A DNA stretch of 64,000 nt from Lama guanicoe (Eukaryota), in the NCBI GenBank assembly GCA_013239625.1, contig MU054220.1:8839367-8903366 (forward strand). Direction: 5' to 3'. Below are positions 40,813 to 53,270 of this stretch, one piece after another (the stretch's first letter is position 1; the number at the start of each line of letters is the position of its first letter). Under the pieces are notes generated by a model. It was not told where the DNA came from, made no database searches, and saw nothing but the letters and a program-made list of their open reading frames with translations. The translations under genes and the position numbers were made by a program.

Positions 40813-42324
40813 TTGATTTTATATAAATTTCCCCTGGATGATTGACTGAATTCATAGTTCTCATTAAACTGCCTTGTTATTCACCAATATTCCTTGATAT
40901 TGATGACATTGATTATCCTATTCCTCTCTGATAAATTTTCTGAACTGTCAATATCAAGGAAGTGCTGGAGATTGTAAGAACCTTCCCTTCCAGCACTCCT
41001 TATGATTCTTTTATTAATTGACCTACCGTTTGCCTAGAACCTTTAAATATCTTCATATGAACAATTTTCTCTATAAGGAAAAATAAAACAAGCAAATCAA
41101 AAACATTTTAAAACCATAAAACTGTGTCTGTATGTGCCCTATGTGTACCTATGAGACGATGCCAGCCTTACCCTTGTGGCCATTGCTTTACTCAGTTCTA
41201 ATTTTCTATCTGAGGAACACTCTTCTTCCTCAAGTAAATAGCAAGGTTGTGACAGCATCTTTCAGGTTCTCCTTGCATACAGATCCTTGGCTTAGTCTCA
41301 AGCTGATGAGACTGCATTAATCATATATTTCACCCAGATAATAAAAACTGCACATGAACTTTGATAAAGAACCGACTACAATGGTAAAGGGACAGTAAAT
41401 TTCACTAGCTTTAAAACCTACACAAACAGGTTGTAGTCTATCTCTAAAGCAATCAAATACTTCACTCAAATTATCTTAGTGAATAGAAATATCCATAATA
41501 ATTACTGTTAAATAATATGTATTAAAATAATTATTCATACTAGTGTTTTTACTTTCCAAATTTATTCAAGGGGACAGAATAAAAATCATTCTTGTATAAA
41601 TTTAGATGCATTTTTCTTTCAAGACAGTGTGGCATTTGACAGATTTGAAATCAACTCTTTATCACTGCCTAGAGTAACTAAGTTATAAATAGCTAATGAT
41701 GGAGTTAGAAAAGATAATGGAACTCCCATATTTCCATTTTAATTAGATTTTAACTTAGTCACTCCTTGTCTTCCTTATCCACAACACTTAGGGTTTGAAG
41801 AGCAGCCCTGCTAAATAAATGAAGAGCAAAATCAAATGAGAACTCCAAAGCCTTGTGTTTCCATTCCTGGCTGTGATATGTCATCATGCATTACAGCCAT
41901 AATTTATGAGTCAATATTAAATTAAACGCTAGAGAATGAAATCATGATGGTTTATTAATGATTTACAATATCCATCAGATAGACTCAAAAGCTTCAAAAA
42001 CAAGGTAAAAATCTCTCTCCTTTTGCTGACAAGAAGAATGAACTGAAATCAACTGCAGAAGGAAAAACACGAATAAGCGCATATCCCTTTTATTTGTGAT
42101 ACAGTCAGTTCTGCAGCCACACTGAAACAGAGATAAGACATGACAGGTAATGACAAAATCAGTAACGCTTCTCTAAAGGGGGACGTTTACCTATGATCTG
42201 AATCTCATGAAAAATAAAATGGTGTATTTGAGGATGATTTTGCAACTGAAAAAAATAAACACACAGTTGCTTGGTTTCTTTTTTTAAACGTGACTGTGAA
42301 ATACTTCTACCAACTAGTTTTGCA

Positions 42325-42630
42325 CTTTTTTTCTTTTCCTTTTTTAGTTGAAGTATAGTCAGTTTATAATGATGTGTCGATTTCTGGTGTACAGCAAACT
42401 GTTTCGGTCACACATATACATACACATATTCCTCTTCATATTATTTTTCATTACAGGTTACTAAAAGAATTGATCTACAAAAATGTCACAAGTAAATTTA
42501 TTTATAAAAAGAAATAGACTCACAGACAGAAAACACACGTATGGTTACCAGGGAGTCAAGGGGGTGGGAAGGGATAAATGGAGAATTTGAGATTTGCAGA
42601 TACTAAGTACTACACACAAAATAGATAAAA
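42325..42630 (-). mobile_element. 5'-inverted (twin-primed) young L1
   Basis: Poly(T) and a minus-strand L1 terminus (to about 42472) joined to a plus-strand upstream UTR piece (about 42473-42630); degenerate TSD AACTAGTTT..ACTTT. Confidence 0.85.
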
Positions 42631-43501
42631 CTAGTTTATACTTTCATCACCTCTAGTCTATCCCTAAAGGTATGCAAAGCAAACAGCTTCCATTGCTCGA
42701 TAGCCTCCATTTGCTCTTCTGAAACACAAGTTACTAAAACAGCTGCCCAGGGTGGGAAAATGTCACGATTCAATTAAAACAACACCACCAACAAGACTCC
42801 TGACTTTTATACCACAACAGACTGACTCTCTTTCCTTTTCTTTTGCCCTTGAATCTGTGTATGTGAAATTCTGTGTTCATGTTTCATGGAAATCTCAGTA
42901 GAATGGAAATCTGAAGACTTACGTTTTAGACTCCTAATACTCTCTGGCATTTCTACTGGGGCAGTCTTCTCTTGCTTAAGCTTTTCTCCTTGTCAAATTA
43001 CTTTGAGTTTCTAAATTTCTGATTCTATCCATGAAAAATACAAACAATTCATCTAGCCATTAACTATAACTTCTCCAAAAGAATAATCACTCTTCCAAGC
43101 ACATGCAAGAGCAGGTGGGAGATGGTGGGTGATTCTTTTTTTCCCGTTGGTGGTACAAAGTGCACAATTGAAACACTGTTTGGAAGAAGGTGTAGAAATT
43201 GCGTATCTCCAACTATGAGCATGACTTAACTGAATTTCAATCAGAGGAATAAAGGTAACAAACTCAAAAGTACAGTAATAGGAAACTTCAAATTCTCTTC
43301 CTCAATATACTAACTCTACTTCTCTATTTCTACATTTTATTTCCTCCTATAAAAATGGAAGTTGTTCTCAACATACAACTTTAGGTTCATCAATTGAAAC
43401 ACCAAAAGCATTCTGTTTCTCCACAAAACACTGAACCCTGAATCTGCAGTTTGGACAGTGTTGCCACCAATTGACAATACAATCTAAAGTCACATGGTCC
43501 A

Positions 43502-43844
43502 TTTATATAGCATTCTTGACATGGCAAAAATTATAGAAATGGAGAATGGACTGGTCTTTGCCTGAGTCTAAGGAGGAGGTAGGATCGAATAGGAAGGAGG
43601 TGGGAGTGGGCACAAAAGGACAGCACAAGGGACCCTTGTGGAGAAGGAGCTGTTCTGCATTTTCCTGTGTCAATGTCAATATGCTGATTGTGATATTGTA
43701 CTGGAGTTTCGTAAGATGTTACCCTTGGAGGAAATTGAGAGAAGACTATATGGATGTTTCTGTACCATTTCTCGCAACTGTGTGTAAATCTACAGTTACC
43801 TTATAATAAAAATGGATTTAAAACACCAAAAAATAAAAAATAAA
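43502..43844 (+). mobile_element. L1MC/MD-type 3' UTR with preserved TSD
   Basis: AAGATGTTACCCTTGGAGGAAA...TGTAAATCTACAGTTA plus A-rich tail; TAAAGTCACATGGTCCA (43485-43501) / TAAAGTCACATGGTTCA (43845-43861). Confidence 0.85.
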
Positions 43845-45955
43845 TAAAGTCACATGGTTCAAATGAGAAGGCACCAATATGGCCAAATATCTAAATGGAA
43901 TTATAATTTATATAATTATAAATTATCCATAAAATATAATATGAATTACCAAAAATAAAATGAAAATATCAAAATGAAATATAATATAAATGAGCAAAGC
44001 ACAGAGAATGTTACACACTCGTTACAGAGTAGCTCTGACACTGAGAGGGATGTGGTAGTTCCCCAATTTCCCCAGTATCATGTGGACTTCATCTTCTCAG
44101 TTGGCTGAGTGTGTCCCTCTCTCCCAGGGATGAAGTCACACCTTTCCTGTTCACAGGGGCCTGCTGCGCAAAGTCTTGACCCAACAAGCCTGACAGCCAC
44201 ATTTGCTCCAAGCAGGCAAAGCTCTATGGATTACAGAGAAACGATTTCTTAGTCAAAGTATGAACATATTAATGAGAGCTAGCTGATCACAGTGAGAGCC
44301 CTATCACAGAAAGGATAAACATAAGCCAGTCTTTTAAGTGACACCAAGAAGGGATGACAACCTATGACCACCCAGAGGTTATAAAAAATAAATCCAAAAT
44401 GAGTCGAGAGCTTTCAAAGTTATCTGAGCCTGACATGAAATCTTATTGTGGCTTCTTTCTTCATCACTATGATTATTTTAAAAAAATAGCATTAAAACAA
44501 GAGATACAATGAGTGAATTCCCGCAAAGCACTTGGAAGAACGTCTGGGCTACAGTACACCCTTACTAAGTGCTACCTATGACTCTCCAACTCCCCTTATG
44601 CCAGAGCAACGTGTATAGACAACAAACCCTACGGCTGTCTTCAGGTTTCAACTCATGAAAAAGTGCGTCCCTGTACTCAACATTGTATAGGACATGAAAA
44701 GACTAACTGCAGGTACCCTCTGCGGAATCACTGCCCCACAGTTACTTCGACAACATCGATGACTTTGGAAGGAAGGCGCGATTAGGCATAACTCCGCCAA
44801 AATAACATGCAGCGAAACTGATTATCTGGAAGTTCTGATTCCAGTAGTGGGAGTCAGACACTGACAGAAACAGTATTCATTCTGACAGCACGATGCGTTT
44901 TGCTAAGGAGACGAGCACATCATAAACCCATTTCCTTAATGCACACAAATTCCATTTTGAGCTAAATGTGCTTTTATGTGCCCTGCTTTATTCACAAATA
45001 CAAAGAAGACTTCTTGTTTAGACACTGAATGTCTCTCTTTTTCTTTTTTACTTTTTTTTAAATGATTTTGTTCCACATTGCCAATAGAAAAGTTATGCAC
45101 AAATGCCTTCAAAAAGACCTGAGTGACTTAAAAAAACAACAACAAAAAACAAACCTCTTTCTTTTAGGAAAAAAGATATCTTTCAAGTGAAATGAATGGA
45201 TATAGAACTTTAGCATTCAGCTGATGCAAGACAGAGTGAAGGAGCCCTGCTTTGCTCAGGGAAGAGAACAGAGACCCAGGAGACAGCCTCAGAAGCCACA
45301 GCAGATGGCCCTGTTAAACCAGAGCAGGCCAATTAGGTTGTATCTGGAGCACTCTGTTCCCCCCCGGAGGACAGAGAGAAAAAAGAAAGTAGGAGGCCCT
45401 GCATTTAGTGGCTGTTCAGACGGCAAAGTGCTGAGAAGCGTGTCCCTGGGAACGAGAGGCTTTTCGGTTGGCCCGTGCCTTTTATTTTATGCATTGTGAA
45501 CTGCAGTCAGGGATTCCTGACTCTGCTGGGTGTTATTTTTACGTTTCAAAGGAGCACAAATGAAGCCTGGTTCCCTGTTGCTGTGTTTTTATTTAGTTCA
45601 CATTTACTCCCCAGGACACATGTCTTTTTAGCAGCCCTGATACTAGGGCTCCTGTAAATCAACTCCACAAGAAAGGGACAGAGCAAGTCACCGAAGAGTT
45701 TTAAGATTCTTCTTAGGGTTGGGTTGAATTGATCTTGGGGAAAAAACACCGTTTTCAAATAGCAAATGCTTCTTTAAGCTACCCAGGTGGCTCTACCTGT
45801 TTCCTAAAAGTAGTTGTATATGAGGAAAAGGAAATAATCCAACAATATGCTTGGAAGTTATTCTGAATGTGCCTTATATACAATTATGGACAGATGTAAA
45901 TAGACTGACTTTATTCTGTGGGGGAGGCAAGGTACAATTTTGCAAATATTGCTAG

Positions 45956-46448
45956 TGTCCACTGAAATAAATGTGCAGCCTAAAAGTTGAGAGTTATGCT
46001 TTATTTGGCGGGAGGACTCGAGCTGGGATGACAGCCTCTCAGATGGCTCTGAGGGACTGCTCCCAAGAGGTAGGGCAGGAGCTAGGATATAGCTTTACAA
46101 CAGGGACCACGTAGTTGGAACAACAAAAGATTACTTGTTAACTAAAGAAAACCAGGCATCTCAAGTTGAAGAATTTAGCCCTTTTCTGTGTATGGGAGGA
46201 AGCAAACATTTGGGCTCATTGAATTCATTCCTTTGACAAGCACCTCGCTTTCCAGGGCCAGTATCCTGTCCTTTCTTTCTTATCCTGAGTCCCCTCAGGG
46301 TGCACCATTGCGAGTGGCTGCAGAGGCTGGGCTGCAGGCCTGTCCTCACTGGGGAGTGGCGGCAGCCGCTGATGACTTGGTTTCAGCATTCTTTGTTTAC
46401 TGATATGGTTGCAGTATTTTCATTCACACTGCAGTATTTTTGTTCACA
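45956..46448 (-). mobile_element. ERV1-class solo LTR
   Basis: TG...CA termini; minus-strand AATAAA (GCTTTATTTGGCGGG) near the left end; CCTCTCAGATGGCTCTGAG block; flanks CTAG/ATAG are a possible 4-bp TSD with one mismatch. Confidence 0.8.
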
Positions 46449-46724
46449 ATAGTCGAAGTTAACGCCCTGCTCAGGTACAATTTCAGAGAAAACAAGTTGC
46501 TCGTTTAACTTCTCCAATCTAATTCTTTGGAAGTGACTAAAATTCTCATACACTTAGTCCTGTGACTTAAGGCACTAATGGCGATTACTAAAATTCAACT
46601 GTCATTTGAGAGGGATGTTTCAAATTGATTAGCTCAGGGAGAAGGGATGGTATTTGTTTACCTCTGTTTGTCAGCATATTAGATACCTTCAAAGTTACCT
46701 CCTTTGATTCTAATGATTCATATA

Positions 46725-47351
46725 TGAAGCAGATAGTGAGACAGGAAGCAGGCAGGGCACAGCTATTCAAGGAATGCTACAGCAAGTAACACCAAAATGG
46801 TGGAGGATTCAACCCCCAGTAGGCCTCAAGGCTCAAGATGGTGGGAGATTTGACTTCTAGTCGACCTTGAGCTTCAATATACACCCATTGTAATATATTA
46901 ACATGGTGCCCACAGGCACCATGGCAGTCCCAAAGCTAGCCACAAGAGGTCAAAGAGAGGGAAATGACCCTTTTCCTGGGAATCCCAGCCCCTTCCCCTT
47001 AGACTGGTCCTTCCACTTATTAGCATATGAAGCCACTAAGCCCATAAAAACCAGCAACACGGCACCTCTTGGCCGCCCCTCTCTCTCCCTCTTTGGAGAC
47101 GGTCCCACACTCTGTCTATGGAATGCGTACCTACTTTTAATCTGAGCACCCAACCCCCACACCTTGTGGCCTTTCTCTTGCCTTTCAATGTATCTCTCTG
47201 AATATATCTACCTTTATTCAACTGTGGCTCGCTCTTGAATTCTTTCCTGCATGAAGCCAAGGACCCACACTTGGCGGGACACGTCCCAGGGGCTCAACTG
47301 AAGCCTGGGACACGGCCCTCCTCACACCCCACATCCGTTTCTCCTGCATCA
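46725..47351 (+). mobile_element. ERV1-class solo LTR
   Basis: Inverted termini TGAAGCAG...CTGCATCA; TATA-like CCCATAAAAA; GCTCTTGAATTCTTTCCTGCATGAAGCCAAGGACCC U5-type block. Confidence 0.85.
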
Positions 47352-47357
47352 ATAGTA

Positions 47358-47490
47358 TCATTTCCATTTTGAGTATGAGGAAGCTGAGGCTTGGTGAAGT
47401 TAAACAGTGGGCTTAAATCTGCACTGCTAGTGGATTAATCCAAGAACTAGTCATTTTAAGTCCACACATATCTCCTTTTTACCACATCGC
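47358..47490 (-). mobile_element. MIR SINE
   Basis: CCATTTTGAGTATGAGGAAGCTGAGGCTTGGTGAAGTTAAAC. Confidence 0.7.
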
Positions 47491-48399
47491 CTCCTTAACA
47501 GGGTACTTGGGAAAAAATGATTGAGGCTACTATGTTTCAATAGCGGTGGGGCTGCAGGTGTTAAGAAATGCTGGCAATCACTGTTATGGGGAACTGTTTC
47601 AGTAGTTTTTAATTAATGAGGAAACCATTAATAGTCTTCATGGAAGGGGCAGAAGAATGTTCGGCAGAGACACTGATGTGCACATGTGTGCATGGGGTGG
47701 GGTGTGGTTTCACAGACTTTCCCCCACCCCCTCAAATGTTGCTACTCTTCAATGAGTTTAGGGTACAGCAATGTAATTAAGGCTTCATGCTTCCAACCGA
47801 GAACCATTAACACATCAGCCCAAGCTCCTGAAGTCTGGCTGGAGGATATCGTCTCAGAAAATATGTTCTAAATATATGTCAAAAGTTCTTGTTCCTAGAT
47901 TTCTGGTTATAGGACAGAATCCAATCCCTCTAAACAAATTCCTTATAAACCAGATGACAGGGCAGATATCTTTACTTTTTTTGGCCTGTGTTTGCTCCTC
48001 TACAAAGCAAACTGATTATGTTTAAAACAGTCCCTAAAATTATTTTCTTTTTTCCGAGAGTGAAATCTTTAAGATACGTGCATCCTCACCACACAGAAAC
48101 CACACGTATAGTTGGACTTGTTCTGACTGATGAATGGGTTTAGGCAGAGTGACAGAGCCATGTCCGTAAATACCAAGGATTCTCTGGACCAGACTTTACA
48201 CATCACTGGATACCTGATGCCACATTCAGTTCTAGAAAACACACTACACAACCACAGAATGTCTCATTGAAGTCTAGTAACCCTTCAGTATTCTCCAAAA
48301 CAGAAATGAGCTCAGTCTAGCCTGACATGTTCTTTTGTAATTAAAATAGTTCACAAGGGATCAGCCTCTGATTTAAGATTCAAAATTGGTCTGAGCACA

Positions 48400-49130
48400 T
48401 GAGGGAAGAAGGCGAATGAAGAGACGTCTCTTCAGCTCTAGCGTGTTGGTGCTTGGCAGTAACGGGGACTGAGCTTTGTAATTTTTCCAGGTGTTTCTAG
48501 AAAGTCTCCTTAGTTTTAAATACTGATTAACTCACTAATTATCTTTCACATTCTATCTGGAGCAAACAAAACATGTCTGAAACCTAGACGCAATCCCGGG
48601 GTTTCCAATTTGTGACTGTCGCGTGTCAAGCTTGTTTCAAACAATGAGAGTATGGTACAAAATAGGAGCGATTCGGATGACTATTTTCGTAGGTTGTAAT
48701 ATATAATTTCCACTTAGGCACTGGGTGGCAGGCAGAACAGACCTTCGTCTGATTGCAAGTAAGTATGACTGCCATACAGTTTTTAGATGGCGACTGGGGA
48801 TGGGTGACTCCTCCGGTGACTGGACTCTTAAGTTTTAATGGGGTCCCGAGAGACCTCCAGTCCTTTCACCTGGAGATGGCTGCTCTAACCTAAGTCAATC
48901 GTGCAGCCTAAGTCCGCGGCAGCTGCTGCTGCTGCAGGAAGTGTCATGAGAAAACATGTTCTCTCCCCTCCTCTGCTCCCTCCCCTCTTTGCTAGTTCTG
49001 CAAATCCACTCTATGCTGTGCCAAGAAAATGCCATCTGCCTCCTACGCCAAAAGGCAACGGGTTCCAACAGAAGTAAGCAGTTTTACAACTCTGCGCTAG
49101 GCATTTGCGGAAGTGAAGCTGCAGTGAGAG
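48400..49130. promoter_or_regulatory. CpG-retaining unique patch, candidate promoter or enhancer
   Basis: About 22 CpG in about 700 bp by hand count against a CpG-poor background; ETS-type CAGGAAGTG and CGGAAGTG; CAGCTG; consensus donor CAA|GTAAGT at 48758/9. Confidence 0.4.
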
Positions 49131-49984
49131 GGGAAGAATCCATAGCTTATGTCCTGACACACCTTTTTAATGGATGCTTTGGTGTATCCCTGCTTTCTTA
49201 AAACCATTTCCTACTAAGCAAATGGGAAATTAAGGATCATCATCTCTCCATGAGAGAGAAAATGAGGGCTGAAAATTAAATGGGTCACAAGCACTGATAT
49301 TTACTCTAAATGACCAGGGCAAAACAAGTGGGCTCATGAAACAACAAATGTCTTCAAATTTCAGGTTCTTAATTACTTTCTTACATGTTAAAAAAAAAAA
49401 AAAGGGTATTTTTGTAACAAGAGTTAACCTCTTAGAGAAGCTTGCAAGGAATTTTTCCGAACTGTGGCAAGTCATTCGTAAGTGGGCTAAAGCTTTCATG
49501 GAGTTTGAAAAGCAGACGGTGCCAAAGGTAAAATCTATCAGTCAGCAGTGCTGTGATCGTATGTGAATTATATGACCTCTGTGAGCCTCTTCTATAAAAT
49601 GAGTGGTTTCACCAATTAGATGATGTAACTCATACTGCAGGGTGGGTCTTCCACGTGGTAGTTTTGCAGAGTAGATGACATAACTCAAGTACAGTTCTAT
49701 GTACACAATAAACACCCAAATCTCTGTATTTTACCACTTCACTCAGGTGCCACTGAACTGATCTGTGGTCCCAGACCGAATAATGTATTTCTCTTACTTT
49801 GCTCACCTGTAAAATGATGGCTGTGATGATATACACTTTTCCCATGGAATGGGTTTCTTTAGGAATCTTATATAGTAAGGTCACAGATGTGAAAACAACA
49901 TGAAAGTTGCAAAACAATCTTTAATTGTAGGGTATTAGTTCTTATCTGTCATAATCAAATAAATGAGAGTTGGAAGTGGAAGAT

Positions 49985-50850
49985 GATGATGGAGGTGTCA
50001 AGCAGAGGCCATATCATAAAGGGTTTGATAAACCATGATAAAAAAATTAGAAGGTGGGTGGATGGTATCAATACCAATTTCCTAATTGTGCTGATGTGCT
50101 TATTGTTATACAATAAGTTGCCAACGGGGGGAATCTGGAGAAAAGATACACAGGCTCTCTGTTATTTCTTGTGACTGTATGTAGATATACAATTATCTTA
50201 AATTTTTTAAAAAGGACATAGAGAATTATATTCTTTATGCTGAGGTAAATGGATAGCCATTGGAGGATTTTATACAGGTGACTGAAAAGATCAGGTTGTT
50301 TTTAGAAAGAGTCTTTTGGAGGCAAAGGGAAAGGGAGGAAGGAAAAAAGAATGGGGGACACAAAGGAAGGAAATTTGAATTTCCAAGGAGGGCTTTCAAG
50401 TGTTTTCCACTAAATATTAAAATGTAAAAGGGAAATGATAGAGTGTAGAAAAAAATTGGTGTTTGAGACACATGTAGGGTGAGGAATGCATATGAATTTA
50501 TAGCTAATTAGACTTGACTATAAGGCAGAGGGAGTGGTCAAGAAAAATGTTCACATTTCTAACTTGAACAGTTAGATGATGGTGGCTTCTTTTACTCCAG
50601 TGGGTAACAGTGAAGAACAAAAAGGTAGGGAGGGGAAGGTAAAGGATACTGGACTAGGAAGCACTGGGTTTAAATATTTGGAGATAAAAAGAGGTGTTCA
50701 GCAGGCAGCTGGGTATATATTTCAGAATTCCAGGAGAAAGGTCTAGGTCGGTTTCAGGTGCATATACACAGTGAACAAAGCCTTGAGAGTAAACAAACTC
50801 CCCAAGAAGTGCACATAGAGTAATTAAGAGCATCCAGGACAGAATGATGC
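49985..50850 (-). mobile_element. L2 fragment with a small old L1 3' piece (about 50060-50215)
   Basis: AGCCATTGGAGGATTTTATACAGG...GATCAGGTTGTTTTTAGAAAG...CAGGAGAAAGGTCTAGG. Confidence 0.65.
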
Positions 50851-51423
50851 ATTTGTGCCCCCTTATTTCAGTCAAGTAAGGAACGAACTTGTCCTAATAG
50901 ACGTTTACAATATCTCAGTCACCACATAAACGTAATGATTCCAGAGAGGCCACAAATACCAAAAGAGTGTACGATATATGCTCTACAACGTCTCCACCAG
51001 TAACATAAATTGTACACAACATGGTTGAAAGAATTAAACAGGATCCACTTAATGCAGCTTAGAGAATAGTTTCTCCCAGTTGCTCTTAGTAAATGTTATG
51101 ATTTTTATTCCTGTTTTGCTGAGTTCTCGCCTCCTTCCTTCGTTTCAAAAAGTTTAAGTTCTAGTACGAGTCAACAGATGAGGGAAATTTGACTGTGAAG
51201 TGTTGAATTCATAATGTGCTACGTTTAATGCTGATTACTAATTTTTTTCTCACAGTTCCTTTCTTGTCATTAATTTTCCTTTTCCATCTAACTCACATTT
51301 TTCTTTATCATTACCTTGAAACTCATTAACAACTTGTCTTCTGAAAACATCTCAGGTGTTATTTTTTTTCTTTACATCCCTGATTTGCTACAAATAATTT
51401 TATCATTATTTACTCAAACGCAG

Positions 51424-52440
51424 TTTTTAAGAATTTACTTTTCAGAGCAATTTAAAGTTCCCAGAAATATTGAAAGGAAGGTGCAGAGATTTCCCTGCCC
51501 CCACACTTGCATAGCATCCCCCATTCTCAAAATCCCCCCACTATATGGGTGCATTTGTTACAATCGATGAACCTACATTGACATATTATAATCATCCCAA
51601 ATCCATAATTTACTTTAGAGTTAACTCTTCCTATTGTACATTCCATGAATTTGGACAAATGTATAATGGCACATATCCATCATTATAGTATCATACAGAG
51701 TATTTTCACTGCTGTAAAATCTTCTGCACTCTGTGTATTCATTCTTCAACATCTATTCTCCAAAACCCCTGGCAACCACTGATCTTTCTACTGTCTCCAT
51801 AGTTTTGCCTTTTCTAGAACATCATATAGTTAGAATCCTGCAATACATAGTCTTCTCCAACTGGCTTCTTTCCCTTAGTAATATGAATTTAAGTTTCCTC
51901 CCTGTCTTTTGACAGCTTTGTAGCTCATCTCTTTTTAGCACTGAGTAATATTCCATTACATGGATATACCACAGTTTATCTGTCCATCCACCTACTGATG
52001 GACATGTTAGTTGCTTTCAAGTTTTGGCAAGGAAGACTAAAGCTGTTATAGACATCCATGTGCAGGTTTTTGCTTGAAGTTTTCAATTCCTTTGGGTAAA
52101 TACAAGGAGAATGATTGTTGGATTGTAAGGTAAGAGTCTGCTTAGTTTTGTAAGAAACAGCCAAACTCTTCCAAAGTTGCTGTACCATTTTGCATTCTCA
52201 CCAGGAATGAATGAGAGTTCCCATTGTTCTATATTCTCAAAAACATTTAGTATTGTTAGTGCTGTGGATTTTGGCCATTCTTACAGATGTGTAGTAATAT
52301 CTTGTTTTAATTTGCACTTCCTGATGATGTATGACAGAAAGTATCATTTTCTCTACTTATTTTCCATCTGTATGTATTCTTTGGTGAGATGTATGTTAAA
52401 GCCCATTTTTAAATTAGGTTGTTTGATTTCTTATTTTCTT
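51424..52440 (-). mobile_element. L1MC-type 3' UTR and ORF2 end
   Basis: GATGAACCTACATTGACATATTAT...CCCTGGCAACCACTGATCTTT...GTACCATTTTGCATTCTCACCAG; same family as 28545-29890 in the opposite orientation. Confidence 0.9.
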
Positions 52441-53270
52441 GGGGTGTAATTGACAAACATTGTATTTGATCCCCAGAAGTCTAGTTAACATCCATCACCA
52501 TTCACAGTGACAGGATTCTTTTCTTGCTGTGAGAACTTTTTAGAGTTCCTCTCTTAGCAGCTTTCAAATATGCAAAACAGATTTTGGTCCTCAACTTACT
52601 ATGGTTCAACTTTATGACAGCACAAAAGTGATATGCACTCAGCAGAAACTATACTTTGAACTTTGAATTTTAATCTTTCCTGAGCTAGTGATATACGGCA
52701 CAATATCACAACACTCTGGTGATGCTGGGCAGTGGCAATAAGCAGTAGCACCCAGTTAGCCATGCAATCGGGAGGGTGAACAGCTGATACACTTAAAACC
52801 ATCCTGTATCTGCACAACCATTCTGTTTTGCACTTCCAGTAACAAGAGTCAATAAACTAGACTAGAGACTCAAAATTTTCTTATAAAACAGGCTTTGTGT
52901 TAGATGACTTTGCCCTGATACGAGCTAACATAAGTGTTCTGAGCATGTTTAAAGTAGGCTGGGCTAAACTTCGATGTTTTATAGGTCTGGTGTATTAAAT
53001 GCATTTTTGACTTAACTATATTTTCACCTTTCACTGGGTTTATCAGGACATAACCCCAATGTAAATGGAGGAAAATGTGTACAGTATTATTAACTATAGC
53101 CACCACGCTGTACATTACATTCTTGTGATTTATTCATTTTATCACTCGAAGTTTGTACCTTTTGACTCTCTTTACCCATTCTGCCCACCCCAACCCTTGC
53201 CTCTGGCAATCACCGATCTATTTTCTTTATCTATGAGGTTTTTCTAAATCTTAGTTTTAGATTCCACATG
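52440..53270 (-). mobile_element. L1MA9/10-like 3' UTR split by a Tigger relic
   Basis: TAGTTAACATCCATCACC...GAGAACTTTT...CTCTTAGCAGCTTTCAAATAT | ACAGTATTATTAACTATAG...TTTGTACCTTTTGAC...TTTTAGATTCCACAT. Confidence 0.8.
52578..53079 (-). mobile_element. Tigger5/MER47-type TcMar relic
   Basis: GGTCCTCAACTTACTATGGTTCAACTT ... GTGTTCTGAGCATGTTTAAAGTAGGCT...GGGTTTATCAGGACATAACCCCA. Confidence 0.85.

Noticed and set aside
44756..44840. Possible C/D-box snoRNA (CGATGA...CTGA)
   Set aside because: Box C is degenerate, there is no terminal stem, and I recognise no rRNA guide
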